Source of the DNA: a virus
Lineage: Duplodnaviria > Caudoviricetes
Virus record (IMG/VR): IMGVR_UViG_3300020576_004053
Location: 79,152 to 143,151 of that record
Direction: 5' to 3' (one strand)
Length of the DNA stretch: 64,000 nucleotides
Within the stretch, counting starts at the first letter, position 1. Each line of letters opens with the position of its first letter. Made by a program: the position numbers and the translations under genes. The notes under the pieces were generated by a model, which ran no database searches, was not told where the DNA came from, and saw only the letters and a program-made list of their open reading frames with translations. This document shows positions 37,593-47,498 of the stretch, piece by piece.

Positions 37593-38126
37593 TCAAGGCA
37601 CCAAATTAACATGTTTATTAGCTACCGTTGTCCATGACACTAACGGTAAAGTGTTTGGAAGTCCTAGTTGATTCCAACTGCGCAATACATCTCGTGGAAT
37701 AGACAGCATCTTTCCATATCTATAATTTCTAGACGGTGCGGTTTTTATCTGTTGATTGGTTGCCCATCCAGATACTCGCGCATATCTATTATCGCGAATT
37801 GCAACTAAAATGTAATAATCAACGGATATAATTTTATCAGGAAATTCTTTAATATCTGGTGATGTCCACCACGTAACACCTTTAACATCATACGTCACAC
37901 CGTTATGAATAAAATCATATCCATCATCACCCATTTCACTTAACGTAGTATTCATGGGTAATCCGGTGTAAATAGAAACGCACATTTCTGCACAACATCC
38001 TACGAAATGAGTAGAATTATCAATAGACCAGTTCTTGGTAGATTGATAATTCTTTTTTTGGCTATCTCGTTGAGAGGATATACGGGAAATTTCTTGTAAA
38101 TATGGATATAAATCAAGCCATCTCAT
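37593..38126 (-). CDS. PD-(D/E)xK-like nuclease/hypothetical protein
   Basis: G..AE; DDGYDF....DVK; DYYILV; AT-rich. Confidence 0.55.
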   Translation of the reverse strand: MRWLDLYPYLQEISRISSQRDSQKKNYQSTKNWSIDNSTHFVGCCAEMCVSIYTGLPMNTTLSEMGDDGYDFIHNGVTYDVKGVTWWTSPDIKEFPDKIISVDYYILVAIRDNRYARVSGWATNQQIKTAPSRNYRYGKMLSIPRDVLRSWNQLGLPNTLPLVSWTTVANKHVNLVP

Positions 38127-38301
38127 TTTGTTTGTCAGCCATCTCAGTTTGTTTGACATCGGTAGGTTTGACGCGTGGGTTACAGGGATATTGCAAATTA
38201 CCAAATCCGCCGATTTCATCTGTTGCGCCACAGAGCGTACAGATTTCATCGAACGTGGACGCATCCGAAAATCGTGTCTTATGACTAGGATGTATACCCA
38301 T
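38113..38301 (-). CDS. Small Zn-binding hypothetical protein
   Basis: HPSH...CTLCGATD. Confidence 0.6.
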   Translation of the reverse strand: MGIHPSHKTRFSDASTFDEICTLCGATDEIGGFGNLQYPCNPRVKPTDVKQTEMADKQNEMA

Positions 38302-38531
38302 TATAACAGTGCCTTGGCGATCTTGCCTTCCATCTCGGTATGGGACGCCACATCTAGCGGTGCACCCTTTGCGATGATCGTTGCAATAACATCCAACGTC
38401 AACTCTTTGTTATCAAACCGAAATACCATCGGGCTTGGCGATGCTTCTAGATCAACAATCACCGTTGTTTTTCCGGTCGGTCGAATGAGATTATTTACAT
38501 CGACCTTTTTCGCCTTCGATACTTTTGCCAC
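38301..38531 (-). CDS. Hypothetical protein
   Basis: GAGG SD before GTG. Confidence 0.55.
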   Translation of the reverse strand: MAKVSKAKKVDVNNLIRPTGKTTVIVDLEASPSPMVFRFDNKELTLDVIATIIAKGAPLDVASHTEMEGKIAKALL

Positions 38532-38533
38532 GG

Positions 38534-38669
38534 TCACCTCTTCGAACAAGAATATGTTTTGGTCTGACTATGACAGTTTGGACACAACCAACGTAAATTC
38601 TCCAACCGATGATCTATGTTATCACCGTTAATATGATCCATATGTAATGTTAACGGAGAATGTTGTCAT
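38534..38669 (-). pseudogene. Internally deleted HNH endonuclease remnant
   Basis: PLTLHMDHINGDNIDHRLENLRWLCPNCHSQTKTY is out of frame with the SD-led ATG at 38669. Confidence 0.75.
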
Positions 38670-38739
38670 TAAATACTCCATATGATGTTACCTATACATA
38701 TGGAGTACTGAATGAATCCGTGCACTAATGCGTCTGCTA

Positions 38740-38821
38740 TACTCTCGGTCGGAGTCGAACCGACAATGTCGTTAAACGTCGCAGCCTAAATGCGATGGGT
38801 CTGCCTTTCCCCCACGAGAGC
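38740..38821 (-). tRNA. tRNA-Leu(TAG)
   Basis: TCGCA-TTTAGGC-TGCGA; variable arm. Confidence 0.88.
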
Positions 38822-38915
38822 AAATACCGGTTCTTTTCTGAGTGAACCGGCAAGATCTCAGACTCTCTTCCCAAGGGGTCTATCCCTCAAGACAAGAATC
38901 TAAAAGTTAACACTC

Positions 38916-39182
38916 TTAGGACGACTTCGCAACCTTCCAACGACGGATCATTCGTCCTCGTGCCGCTTCCCGTTCCGACTGCACAAACCCAACCGGCTTG
39001 AACAGTGGCTCCTGAAGGACAGAACGAACAACGCTAATCCGGTCATTCGAATTGGCCGTATATCCTTCACGGTCCAAATACGTATGCACGTCATCAGCGG
39101 TTACCTGCTTGTTGGTTCGACGGCCACCTACACGACGTAGATAGGTCGTTGCACCCGATACTACCTGATCCTTGTTGCTCAT
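38916..39182 (-). CDS. Hypothetical protein (wHTH-like)
   Basis: GGGAG SD; VTADDV. Confidence 0.65.
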   Translation of the reverse strand: MSNKDQVVSGATTYLRRVGGRRTNKQVTADDVHTYLDREGYTANSNDRISVVRSVLQEPLFKPVGFVQSEREAARGRMIRRWKVAKSS

Positions 39183-39258
39183 AAAACTCTCCCATTAAAT
39201 AAAGGAATATTGTGGACCCGCGACATTAAAATACTCCAGTTTGCGCGGGTCTGTCAAG

Positions 39259-39347
39259 CGGTACGTACAGGATTCGAACCTGTAATAGCATGTTTCCATA
39301 CTATGGCACATTAGCAGTGTGCTGGTTTACCGTTCACCCAACGTACC
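39259..39347 (-). tRNA. tRNA-Ser(GCT)
   Basis: GCACA-CTGCTAA-TGTGC; long variable arm. Confidence 0.92.
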
Positions 39348-39354
39348 ATGTTAC

Positions 39355-39585
39355 TTATTCATCATCCGGATATACTATCGTCGTCACCTTCGCGGGAGCT
39401 AAATCCAACTTTTCAAAGGGCCGATGATATTGTTGCCGCCATCCTGCCACTCCTTGTTTACTTCCAGTACTCTTTCCGAGCGAACGAAATCGAACTGGAT
39501 ATGGTGTTACTACCGATTCAATTTCTTTCTTCTGCGTAATATTCTTCTTTTGTCCAAACCGCAACGAAAATTCTTTACGTTTCAT
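39355..39585 (-). CDS. Small basic hypothetical protein
   Basis: GAGG SD. Confidence 0.55.
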   Translation of the reverse strand: MKRKEFSLRFGQKKNITQKKEIESVVTPYPVRFRSLGKSTGSKQGVAGWRQQYHRPFEKLDLAPAKVTTIVYPDDE

Positions 39586-39616
39586 TATAACCTCGTGATA
39601 TTAGTATCAACGAATA

Positions 39617-40105
39617 TTAGTATTCCGTACCATGAATCAGATTAAACTGATCGTCCTCGGCCATCAACGGTTCACGTTTTTGTATCACAGAATCATGCCG
39701 CTGTTTTGCCAATTGGTCTAACTCCACAGTCAATTCCAGTGCATATTCCTTTGGATCAACCGTCTCTGGGTTAGGATGTCTGGAGAGATATTTGTCACGT
39801 CTAGCTTGTAAATAGGTATTATGATCTACCCGATTGACCACCACTTCCATCGTTGGACGCTGCCGGTGCCAATGGGTAATACGCAACCGCTCCCACCGTT
39901 CCACTAAGCAGATATCACAGATCGCAAATTCAATCCGTTGTCCATCAAACGAATCAAACACCGTCGATCCATAATTCCCATAGCTCACACACGCCACCCC
40001 ATCGTTCGGCTGATTGGTGATTTCGGGTTCATCATGAAATCGACCGAATGCATGAGATAACTCTTTACCACAGATGATGCATGGAACCGGATTATCTTTA
40101 TCCAC
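39617..40105 (-). CDS. Hypothetical protein
   Basis: CIICG...GNYGSTVFD...ICDIC. Confidence 0.65.
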   Translation of the reverse strand: MDKDNPVPCIICGKELSHAFGRFHDEPEITNQPNDGVACVSYGNYGSTVFDSFDGQRIEFAICDICLVERWERLRITHWHRQRPTMEVVVNRVDHNTYLQARRDKYLSRHPNPETVDPKEYALELTVELDQLAKQRHDSVIQKREPLMAEDDQFNLIHGTEY

Positions 40106-40109
40106 GATA

Positions 40110-40794
40110 TTATTTCGTTGAAGGGGGCCAGTCGCCTTTCAAATATGTCGAAAGATCCCATTTTTGTCCAGAGGCATGATCGATGACGATATTATCCTGA
40201 AACCGAATGGTCCGAATTTTATCTCCACGTTCCCCTGACCCAATTTGATCCCGTCGAATATTGTTATATCCTGCATGTACCCCGGTTTGCTGTTGTGCTA
40301 ATAATCGGGTTGCTAATAACTCTAGCGCAGAATATTTGTTCTGATGTTGGGATCGACTTGTTTCACAGCGTACCATCATCTTTGTCGGAATATGACGGAC
40401 AATCACCGCACTATCGGTCTTATTGCGATGTTGACCACCGGCCCCAGATCCTCGGGTTGTCATAAACTCTAGATCTTCAGGCTTTATATTTACCTGTACA
40501 CGCTCTGGAACGGGTAAGACCGCAACCGTGATAGTGGAAGTATGGACGCGACCACGTTTTTCATGTGGGGGAATAGTCTGCCAGCGATGACCACCACTTT
40601 CTCCCATAAATAAAATACGTGCAGACTTACCGGTTACCTGCAACACGGTCAGCCCTGCACGTTCATCGATTACGGAAACCTCAAAGACCGTTCCGGTTCC
40701 CCCGACGCACGTACAAGTTGGCCTGTTCACTAACGAGTCGCTTGGCATCCGCCCCACCTTCGGCAGCACGGATTTCTACTAAGAGCGTTTGCAT
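40110..40794 (-). CDS. Short class-I peptide chain release factor, predicted +1 frameshift at CTT-TGA (40686-40681)
   Basis: Frame 0 MQTLLVEIRAAEGGADAK...GL* joins +1 frame EVSVID...ESGGHRWQTIPPHEKRGRVHTS...GAGGQHRNK; ~227 aa, no domain 1. Confidence 0.88.
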
Positions 40795-40826
40795 AATTGG
40801 TACCTGTTTAAACGTTGATGAAGATA

Positions 40827-40969
40827 GTTGTAGAGTGCGCTGAGGTAGCACGCAAGGCTGATCAGTTCCTGTTCTATTCCTCACACTCAAGCGTCTGAAG
40901 TCTTTTACGAACGTATTGACGGTAGCTACTTCCATCGCATCCCGTAAAGCTTCCACGCAACTCTACAAC
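40827..40969 (-). ncRNA. Unassigned ~143-nt structured RNA upstream of the release factor
   Basis: GTTGTAGAGT/ACTCTACAAC terminal stem; TTTACG/CGTAAA; TGAGG/CCTCA. Confidence 0.5.
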
Positions 40970-40974
40970 CACAG

Positions 40975-41050
40975 TACCCCGTAGGGGATTCGAACCCCTC
41001 TCTGCTGAGTGAAAATCAGCGATCCTCAATTCCGAATAGACGAACAGGGC
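40975..41050 (-). tRNA. tRNA-Glu(TTC)
   Basis: GCTGA-TTTTCAC-TCAGC. Confidence 0.9.
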
Positions 41051-41136
41051 AAAATGACGGTTTTATAAGTAAGTCCGTCAAACTCCGTCAGTCCGAGTTT
41101 TTTTGGAAGTCGTCTCTCCTGACCGTGCATTCGACT

Positions 41137-41706
41137 TCAAAACAACGTATATCCTGCAAACAGCTTCATGTACTCTGTGATGTGTGTACCGTTGGCATCG
41201 GACATCTTCCCAATATAGCGATCTGGGTAGAAGAATGCAAGTACCCCCGTTGAACCAGAAAAGTGCGCTCCTGCCAAGATTCCTGATTCTGTGATACGTA
41301 CGCCGTTGACCACCTTTCCCGCAAACTGTCGAATGACCGGTTGTAGTTCCTGTCGATTCGCTTTAAGGTATGTCACCATCACCTTATCTTGTAACGCCGG
41401 ATCGGATAAGAACTGACTTTTGGTCACATTATATCCGAGTACTTTGACCGTTGATGGATGAAATTGATATTTCCCCATCATACCAAACTTATTCACAGCG
41501 GTTGGTGTATTATCACTTTCCCGCATCGCCATCTTGTGTAAGAACGCTCGTAGATCCTTTTTGGGTAGAGCTTTCTTTTTTGGTGTAACCTTTTTTGGTG
41601 TGACCGCTGGAATATGTTTCGGAATCGGTTCGACATCAACCTTCGAAGAAACAAGTGACATAATCGCCACTACTGCCAACAGACACGATATGAATAATCT
41701 TTTCAT
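41137..41706 (-). CDS. Lysozyme-like/transglycosylase protein with signal peptide
   Basis: RES...N..G.MGKYQF; LAGAHF. Confidence 0.75.
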   Translation of the reverse strand: MKRLFISCLLAVVAIMSLVSSKVDVEPIPKHIPAVTPKKVTPKKKALPKKDLRAFLHKMAMRESDNTPTAVNKFGMMGKYQFHPSTVKVLGYNVTKSQFLSDPALQDKVMVTYLKANRQELQPVIRQFAGKVVNGVRITESGILAGAHFSGSTGVLAFFYPDRYIGKMSDANGTHITEYMKLFAGYTLF

Positions 41707-41767
41707 AACGCTCCCATAAATAGTGTGTATATCAACTTATTTTATACCTCTAATCGTCTAGATATAA

Positions 41768-41840
41768 TACTTCTCCACGGAATCGAACCGTGCCCGTCTC
41801 CGTGTAAAGGAGTTATGCATACCCAACACACCCGAGAAGT
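41768..41840 (-). tRNA. tRNA-Val(TAC)
   Basis: CTCC-TTTACAC-GGAG. Confidence 0.85.
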
Positions 41841-41852
41841 ATATCCATAATC

Positions 41853-42191
41853 CTAACTAACGTGCCAAACGCCGTTAGGATGCTTTTCTGCAAACGACAC
41901 CAACCGCTTAATGGCTTTGACCGCATTACCGGGAGTAGGTGCCCAATAATCATCATACGGCTTTGCGTGCGGCCAACGATCCACGAATTCCTTCAACGAC
42001 TTTAGTGAGTCGATTCCGTACTGTCCGTGCAAATCCTTCACCAGCGTCCCATACACTTCGCTGTAGTTGTACGTAATATTCAACGTACATTCTGTTGTCC
42101 CACCCATCGCGTACGTACCACCCTCTTGGAAAGATTCTTCCGTGGTCAGTACGTTTCCATCAGCGTCTCTCAAATCGACATCATAGCTCAT
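41853..42191 (-). CDS. Conserved phage hypothetical protein
   Basis: MSYD...GGTY...NITYNY...DYWAPT.GNA...HPNGVW. Confidence 0.75.
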   Translation of the reverse strand: MSYDVDLRDADGNVLTTEESFQEGGTYAMGGTTECTLNITYNYSEVYGTLVKDLHGQYGIDSLKSLKEFVDRWPHAKPYDDYWAPTPGNAVKAIKRLVSFAEKHPNGVWHVS

Positions 42192-42553
42192 GAAATGTGG
42201 GCCGTCCATTCAAACGGTTGCAACAACAGGTTTATTGATGGTAGTTCCAACCGACGTGATTGCGCTACCCGATACAGATCCAACATGAGTTTTTTATCAT
42301 GTTGTGCAACTGATTCGGAATTGTACCACGCTTGCCGGTTAGAAAGGTGCTTGATGATGTTGACCAAATGTCCATCTTCCAAATCGCGCACCTTGATCTG
42401 ACGACCATCTGCCGTTGTCCAGATCTTATCCAGAATCGGATCTTCGACCGGTGGAGTAACTACAACATCGGTGGTGGACGACGGCATCACATCGCTTACT
42501 GCCGCAATGCCAAACGCCGCCATAATTGATGAGAGAAATGTCCGTCGCAACAT
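42188..42553 (-). CDS. Hypothetical protein with Tat-like N-terminus
   Basis: MLRRTFL; WTTADGRQI...HLVNI. Confidence 0.6.
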   Translation of the reverse strand: MLRRTFLSSIMAAFGIAAVSDVMPSSTTDVVVTPPVEDPILDKIWTTADGRQIKVRDLEDGHLVNIIKHLSNRQAWYNSESVAQHDKKLMLDLYRVAQSRRLELPSINLLLQPFEWTAHIS

Positions 42554-42558
42554 AGGTG

Positions 42559-43374
42559 TTATAGAATAGGGAATCGATGTTTGATATCGCGGACCAACGA
42601 GACTGCCTCTGGTAAAGCTAACACATCTGGCTGCCAGCACAAGCCCCGTTCGATTAAATCTATGGAATCCATAATCCGCGCACCGGGAATAACCGACCCA
42701 TCCGGATTCCGTTCCCGTCCCATCAACCAGATCGTATCAGCGGCGGAAACAGCGGCTGAGACATCATGTGTCACAACGACGACCGTGGTTTCTTCATGGG
42801 TAGTGGTGACACGTTGAATAAGTGCGATCACCTTATTCAACGAATTCACGTCCAGCCCAGAGAACGGTTCATCCATGACGATATAATGCTCACTACACAA
42901 CAACTGCTGTGCAATAGCGACTCGCTGTTTCTGCCCACCGGATAGTTGAATCGGATACTTGTCAGCATGTTGGGTCAGATCGAATTCTGCCAACATCGCC
43001 TTACTCCGTTCCACCACATCAGATTGGTTGGATTGGGTTGCCGCTTTAATCAGGTTGCCCAAGACCGTACGATGCGGCATAAGGGGATAATGCTGCGCCA
43101 CGACCCCTACCATGCCCGGAGCCGTTAATTTGGCGTCAGCACCCACGTAGACCGCTCCAGTGTCCGGTTTCTTTAGACCGGCCAACACACGGAATAGCGT
43201 CGTCTTCCCAATACCCGATGGTCCCAACAATCCAACCACCTGTCCTTGTAGCATATTCGGACGGACGACGTTGCGAATCTCGGCAGACATATTACGCAAG
43301 ATCGGGACGCCATCATATGCAACCGAGACGTTATCAATCTTGAGTAGAATTTCTTTCCGCTCGTATTCAAACAT
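42559..43374 (-). CDS. ABC transporter ATP-binding protein (TauB/SsuB-like)
   Basis: GPSGIGKTT, LSGGQKQR, MDEPF, VTHD. Confidence 0.93.
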   Translation of the reverse strand: MFEYERKEILLKIDNVSVAYDGVPILRNMSAEIRNVVRPNMLQGQVVGLLGPSGIGKTTLFRVLAGLKKPDTGAVYVGADAKLTAPGMVGVVAQHYPLMPHRTVLGNLIKAATQSNQSDVVERSKAMLAEFDLTQHADKYPIQLSGGQKQRVAIAQQLLCSEHYIVMDEPFSGLDVNSLNKVIALIQRVTTTHEETTVVVVTHDVSAAVSAADTIWLMGRERNPDGSVIPGARIMDSIDLIERGLCWQPDVLALPEAVSLVRDIKHRFPIL

Positions 43375-43517
43375 CAGACGAAGGTGTTGTGGGATGTAGG
43401 AGTGCCCGAATATCATCGAACGTCAACCATGTACCATCGATACAGACCGATGATGTATTCTTTGGAAAACTATTCGATGACTTTTCAGAATGGGTTCTCT
43501 GCGTGTCCGTTTCTTTG

Positions 43518-44297
43518 TCATTTCTTGGCCTGTGAAAGTTCAGCGTGTGGCGCAACCATCGGTTTGATCCATCGGAATATCACATCTTGTGCGACACCGA
43601 CCATCAAGAATACCGACTGAATGGCGATGATAGCCGCGAGACTGAAATGTTTTTCCTGATCCAACAGCATCTTACCAATGCCCCCTTCACTACGAGACAC
43701 CCCTTCCACCATCACCAGCATCAACCAGCCCATCGCGGCATTCTGACGAAGAATATCCATAGCCGATCCGATGGTGGCCAACACGCGCATCTCCCACCAC
43801 ACTTCCCATTCGGTCATCCGGAGCGTTCGTGCATAGTCCAGATCCGATGATGGTACTTGATCCACTACATCGATCATGGACGTGACGAAGAATACCGTCA
43901 TACCAAACGTCAACATGGTGAGTTTCAGCATATGACCACCGCCCAATAACACGGTGATAATAAATCCGATACCAACCAGTGAGATAAACCGTCCCTTTCC
44001 GATAGCGTTGGTGATCGGCTTGAAAAACGGAATCGCAGATGCATAGGAAATGATCAACGCCAACACCGTGCTCAATACGATAGCCTCCACATTGAGCACC
44101 AAGCTTACCCACAACTCACCGAGCAACCCACCATGCATCACCAGATTAACCAATTCTCGCCACACAACCAAGGGTGACGGAATAATCGATGGTAGTAGCG
44201 TCCACAACAGTAACCCTACAACAATCTGTCCAACCATCAGCGCCGTATATACGCTGCTGGTCACGATAGAGTTAGGTCGAAATAGCTGACGCCACAT
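43518..44297 (-). CDS. ABC transporter permease (TauC/SsuC-like)
   Basis: Multiple TM helices; DYARTL EAA-like loop; GGIG. Confidence 0.85.
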   Translation of the reverse strand: MWRQLFRPNSIVTSSVYTALMVGQIVVGLLLWTLLPSIIPSPLVVWRELVNLVMHGGLLGELWVSLVLNVEAIVLSTVLALIISYASAIPFFKPITNAIGKGRFISLVGIGFIITVLLGGGHMLKLTMLTFGMTVFFVTSMIDVVDQVPSSDLDYARTLRMTEWEVWWEMRVLATIGSAMDILRQNAAMGWLMLVMVEGVSRSEGGIGKMLLDQEKHFSLAAIIAIQSVFLMVGVAQDVIFRWIKPMVAPHAELSQAKK

Positions 44298-44298
44298 G

Positions 44299-44550
44299 TT
44301 AGACGGGTGTAGTAGAAGTTGTCGTACCAACCGGACACTCTAGATATTCTAACACCGTGACCACCGGTACCACAATGGTTTCGAAGAAAATAATACCAAC
44401 CACCACATTCCGAGTAGATGTTTTATACACCAACTTCGGATTACGCGTGCTGTTAGTGCCTACACACGGATACATTTTTCCGTTGACTTCCGCCTCGGTA
44501 CGGCATCCCGTGAGTAGCACCATCACGGTGAGTATTAAGAGGATGCGCAT
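44299..44550 (-). CDS. Small lipoprotein
   Basis: LLTGC lipobox. Confidence 0.7.
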   Translation of the reverse strand: MRILLILTVMVLLTGCRTEAEVNGKMYPCVGTNSTRNPKLVYKTSTRNVVVGIIFFETIVVPVVTVLEYLECPVGTTTSTTPV

Positions 44551-44661
44551 AATAATATGAAGTGAGAAGGGATAATGGGGATGACATGATATCATCCCCC
44601 ATTTACTGGTCAGATTCGACCCGTTTAGCTATGATCCGCGTTTACGGGTCAGATCCGAACC

Positions 44662-46488
44662 TTATTGCCCGATGATGATTTCGACACGACGGTTCTTGGC
44701 ACGTCCATCTGCGGTAGCATTCGTCGCAATCGGAGAATCTGATCCATGACCCGTCACCCGAATACGACCGGACGGAAAGTCTGTGGGATTCTTGTTCTGC
44801 AACCATGCCTTGATTGCCAACGCTCGCTCTTCCGACAACTGCTTGTTCGTCAACGGATCACCCACATTATCCGTGTGCCCATGCACTTCAATGGTCAGGT
44901 TGTTGATCGACAAGGTGCGATACAACTCTTCCATCTGAAACTCACCCTGTTGTGTCAACGTGGACTTACCGGTCGCGAATGTAATCTGCACATTTCGCGT
45001 ACCGACCACTCGTGACATCCGCGTACCACCGGAATATTCGATCTTTTCTGCCACACCAGCATCCTTGGTCTTCGCTGCCAACGTCCGAAGATATGACAGA
45101 TCCACCACTTCCTCTGCCCCATCAACTGCCGGTACCAAATCCGGATACATCTCGTGCACCAAGTTGGCAAAGACGGTGTAAGTCGCCGTGAATCGTGACG
45201 CTTCAGGTTTCGTGTTGGGGGCCAATCCGAATAGCACCAGATTATCCGCCAAGTTATTCGCCTTCGATCCACCCAACTCGACCTTCATCCCCGTCTTATC
45301 CTCTTCCGTCACCCCGATGTAATACCGCTTCCAATACGCAGCATCAGCACCTTTCTCGTTATAGATCTGTGCCGAAATTTCTGCGGCCCGATCCAACGCC
45401 TGTGGATGATTGAGTACCTGATCCCCACCCTGTGTGAAGGCATCCAACATCTTCACCACGACATCCTTGTGCGTCTGGTTCCACTTCCGAATGCCGATGA
45501 TCACGTTAGGCATCTGGTTGGCGTATTCCTTGGTAGAAATCACCGTCACCACACCACCCCGTTCCTTCGCCATGATCACGTCACCGGGAGTCCATGTCAC
45601 CGCGCCTTCAACACACACATTCTTCGTTTCACCCGTGGGCTTACCGTTATTCACGACCTTACGATCTTCACACGCACCGGCCACGAATTTCTGTGCGGCA
45701 TCGATGTAATCCTTTGTGTTCATGAAGTTGAGCAGATTCGGATCATACGTCTTTTCATCCGGATTGATGCCCACATCATTATCACCGGCATATCGCACCG
45801 CAATATTCCAGTCACCGTCACGAATCACACCAGCCACCAGCGCGCCCTTGAGCGTTTTCGGATTGGTCGCCCACTTTTCCGGTCCCATCAGTTTGTCTTC
45901 ACCACGCGAATATCCACATGATCCGATAATCTCGGCGCGATAGTCCTCACCATACGCGTCGACCAGTGTGGTATTCAGAGCCGACAGAAACGCACCCGAT
46001 CCGTCACCCATGATGGCGATGAAATGCGAGCCTTCCGTGGGATCAGTATTTCCACCTTTCATCGCCTTGGCCAGTGCCGTCAGTTCCGCCATCAACTGGT
46101 TATTGTCGTCCTGACGTTCGATGTACATCTTGATGCCCTGCTTTTCCATCAGACTGCCCTGCGTCGTCACAGGACCACCGTTGGAAAGCAGACACCCCAT
46201 CTGTGCGTTCCATGCCCAGAACTTCACACGCACTTCGGGAGCACCGGACAGATTCGCTACCTTGGTCGTCGGCAACCCTGCGAATGCGACGTTGGTTTCA
46301 CCCGACGTATTGAATCGGGAATCCGTGACCTGATCATCCAGCTTCACCTTGGGGACCATGAACGCCGGGAGATATTTCTGTCCCAATCCGGTTCCTGCGG
46401 CATACTTCAATCCGAATACACCGCCGATGATCACCAACAGTCCGATAAAACGAGAGATTGTTTTCTTGCCCTTCGCTGTGAGAGCCAT
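44662..46488 (-). CDS. Periplasmic-binding-like protein fused to OmpA C-terminal peptidoglycan-binding domain
   Basis: SRGEDK; GHTDNVG..N..LSEERA; GRAKNRRVEI. Confidence 0.88.
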   Translation of the reverse strand: MALTAKGKKTISRFIGLLVIIGGVFGLKYAAGTGLGQKYLPAFMVPKVKLDDQVTDSRFNTSGETNVAFAGLPTTKVANLSGAPEVRVKFWAWNAQMGCLLSNGGPVTTQGSLMEKQGIKMYIERQDDNNQLMAELTALAKAMKGGNTDPTEGSHFIAIMGDGSGAFLSALNTTLVDAYGEDYRAEIIGSCGYSRGEDKLMGPEKWATNPKTLKGALVAGVIRDGDWNIAVRYAGDNDVGINPDEKTYDPNLLNFMNTKDYIDAAQKFVAGACEDRKVVNNGKPTGETKNVCVEGAVTWTPGDVIMAKERGGVVTVISTKEYANQMPNVIIGIRKWNQTHKDVVVKMLDAFTQGGDQVLNHPQALDRAAEISAQIYNEKGADAAYWKRYYIGVTEEDKTGMKVELGGSKANNLADNLVLFGLAPNTKPEASRFTATYTVFANLVHEMYPDLVPAVDGAEEVVDLSYLRTLAAKTKDAGVAEKIEYSGGTRMSRVVGTRNVQITFATGKSTLTQQGEFQMEELYRTLSINNLTIEVHGHTDNVGDPLTNKQLSEERALAIKAWLQNKNPTDFPSGRIRVTGHGSDSPIATNATADGRAKNRRVEIIIGQ

Positions 46489-46505
46489 GTTCCTGTACGT
46501 AAAGG

Positions 46506-47495
46506 TTAGTTTTTCTTGTTGAGTTTCCGGAGAACCACAGATTCCGGTGCGGACGTGGATAATGGAATTAATACCGGCGCAGCCCCACTTGTCAACTGTT
46601 GCACCGGTTCAGCACCCGACAATTTTGCTCGTAGTTCTGCCAGCCGCTTTTTTCCCTCCGACTGGAATACTGCGCGGTTCAAATCAATCTCGGCATCGAT
46701 CCCCTTAGCCGATTCGATATACCCGTCCAACTCCCCAAGCGCCGATGAATACCGCTCCCGAATGCGATCTGCCGCCATATTCCGTACTGCGAAGAGATCC
46801 GTATCCCCGAAGATGGCTGACGCTGCCTTGGTGGCCTTGCGCGTTTCCTTGGCGATCTGATTCTGCCGTGTCAACTCGCGCACTTCATCTTCCGATGTCA
46901 GGATATGATAATCTGCCCGACTCTTGACCTTCTGCAACGCATCCCGTACTTCCGTGACATCGGACAACGCCTGTTTATACCGAGACATAGTTTCTGCCCG
47001 ACGACCCGCGATTTCCGTCTGTGCATTCATCGCGTCTTCATCGTTCCGGTTACTCGCAGCATCAGCAACCTTCAACGCCTGATCCAGTTCCTTTTGTGCC
47101 CGTTCGATTTCCCCTGACAACGTGCGCATCACCCCGAGAATAGAATTCAGGCTTTCCACCACCTGTTCCCGTCGTTTCTTCATCTGTTCCGTGAAGCTAT
47201 TCAGAATAGCCACCGGATCGATATCGACGAAATTGGACGTGATGGCGCGAGAGATCATCGCGAATGCATAGAAGACCAACGTGCGCACTCGTTCGGATGT
47301 GACGATCATGTAAAAGAGTGCCAGACCCACACCCAACACGCCGAGATACAGCATATTCTCAGCCAGTGTGATCAGAAATGGCAATACTTTATACAACGCG
47401 AACAACCCAACGCCACTCAACAAGGCAACGATTACCTTGCCAGTAGTACCTTCAGGACGCTGCCAAAAATTGTCAGTCGGTGATGTGGTAGACAT
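46506..47495 (-). CDS. Membrane-anchored coiled-coil protein (PspA/IM30-like)
   Basis: 2 TM helices, DIDPVAIL, long coiled coil. Confidence 0.6.
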   Translation of the reverse strand: MSTTSPTDNFWQRPEGTTGKVIVALLSGVGLFALYKVLPFLITLAENMLYLGVLGVGLALFYMIVTSERVRTLVFYAFAMISRAITSNFVDIDPVAILNSFTEQMKKRREQVVESLNSILGVMRTLSGEIERAQKELDQALKVADAASNRNDEDAMNAQTEIAGRRAETMSRYKQALSDVTEVRDALQKVKSRADYHILTSEDEVRELTRQNQIAKETRKATKAASAIFGDTDLFAVRNMAADRIRERYSSALGELDGYIESAKGIDAEIDLNRAVFQSEGKKRLAELRAKLSGAEPVQQLTSGAAPVLIPLSTSAPESVVLRKLNKKN

Positions 47496-47498
47496 GAA

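Noticed and set aside
40681-40956. Separate 91-aa ORF, and a 219-aa release factor starting at 40769
   Set aside because: Both are parts of one frameshifted gene starting at 40794; the upstream extension overlaps a structured RNA.
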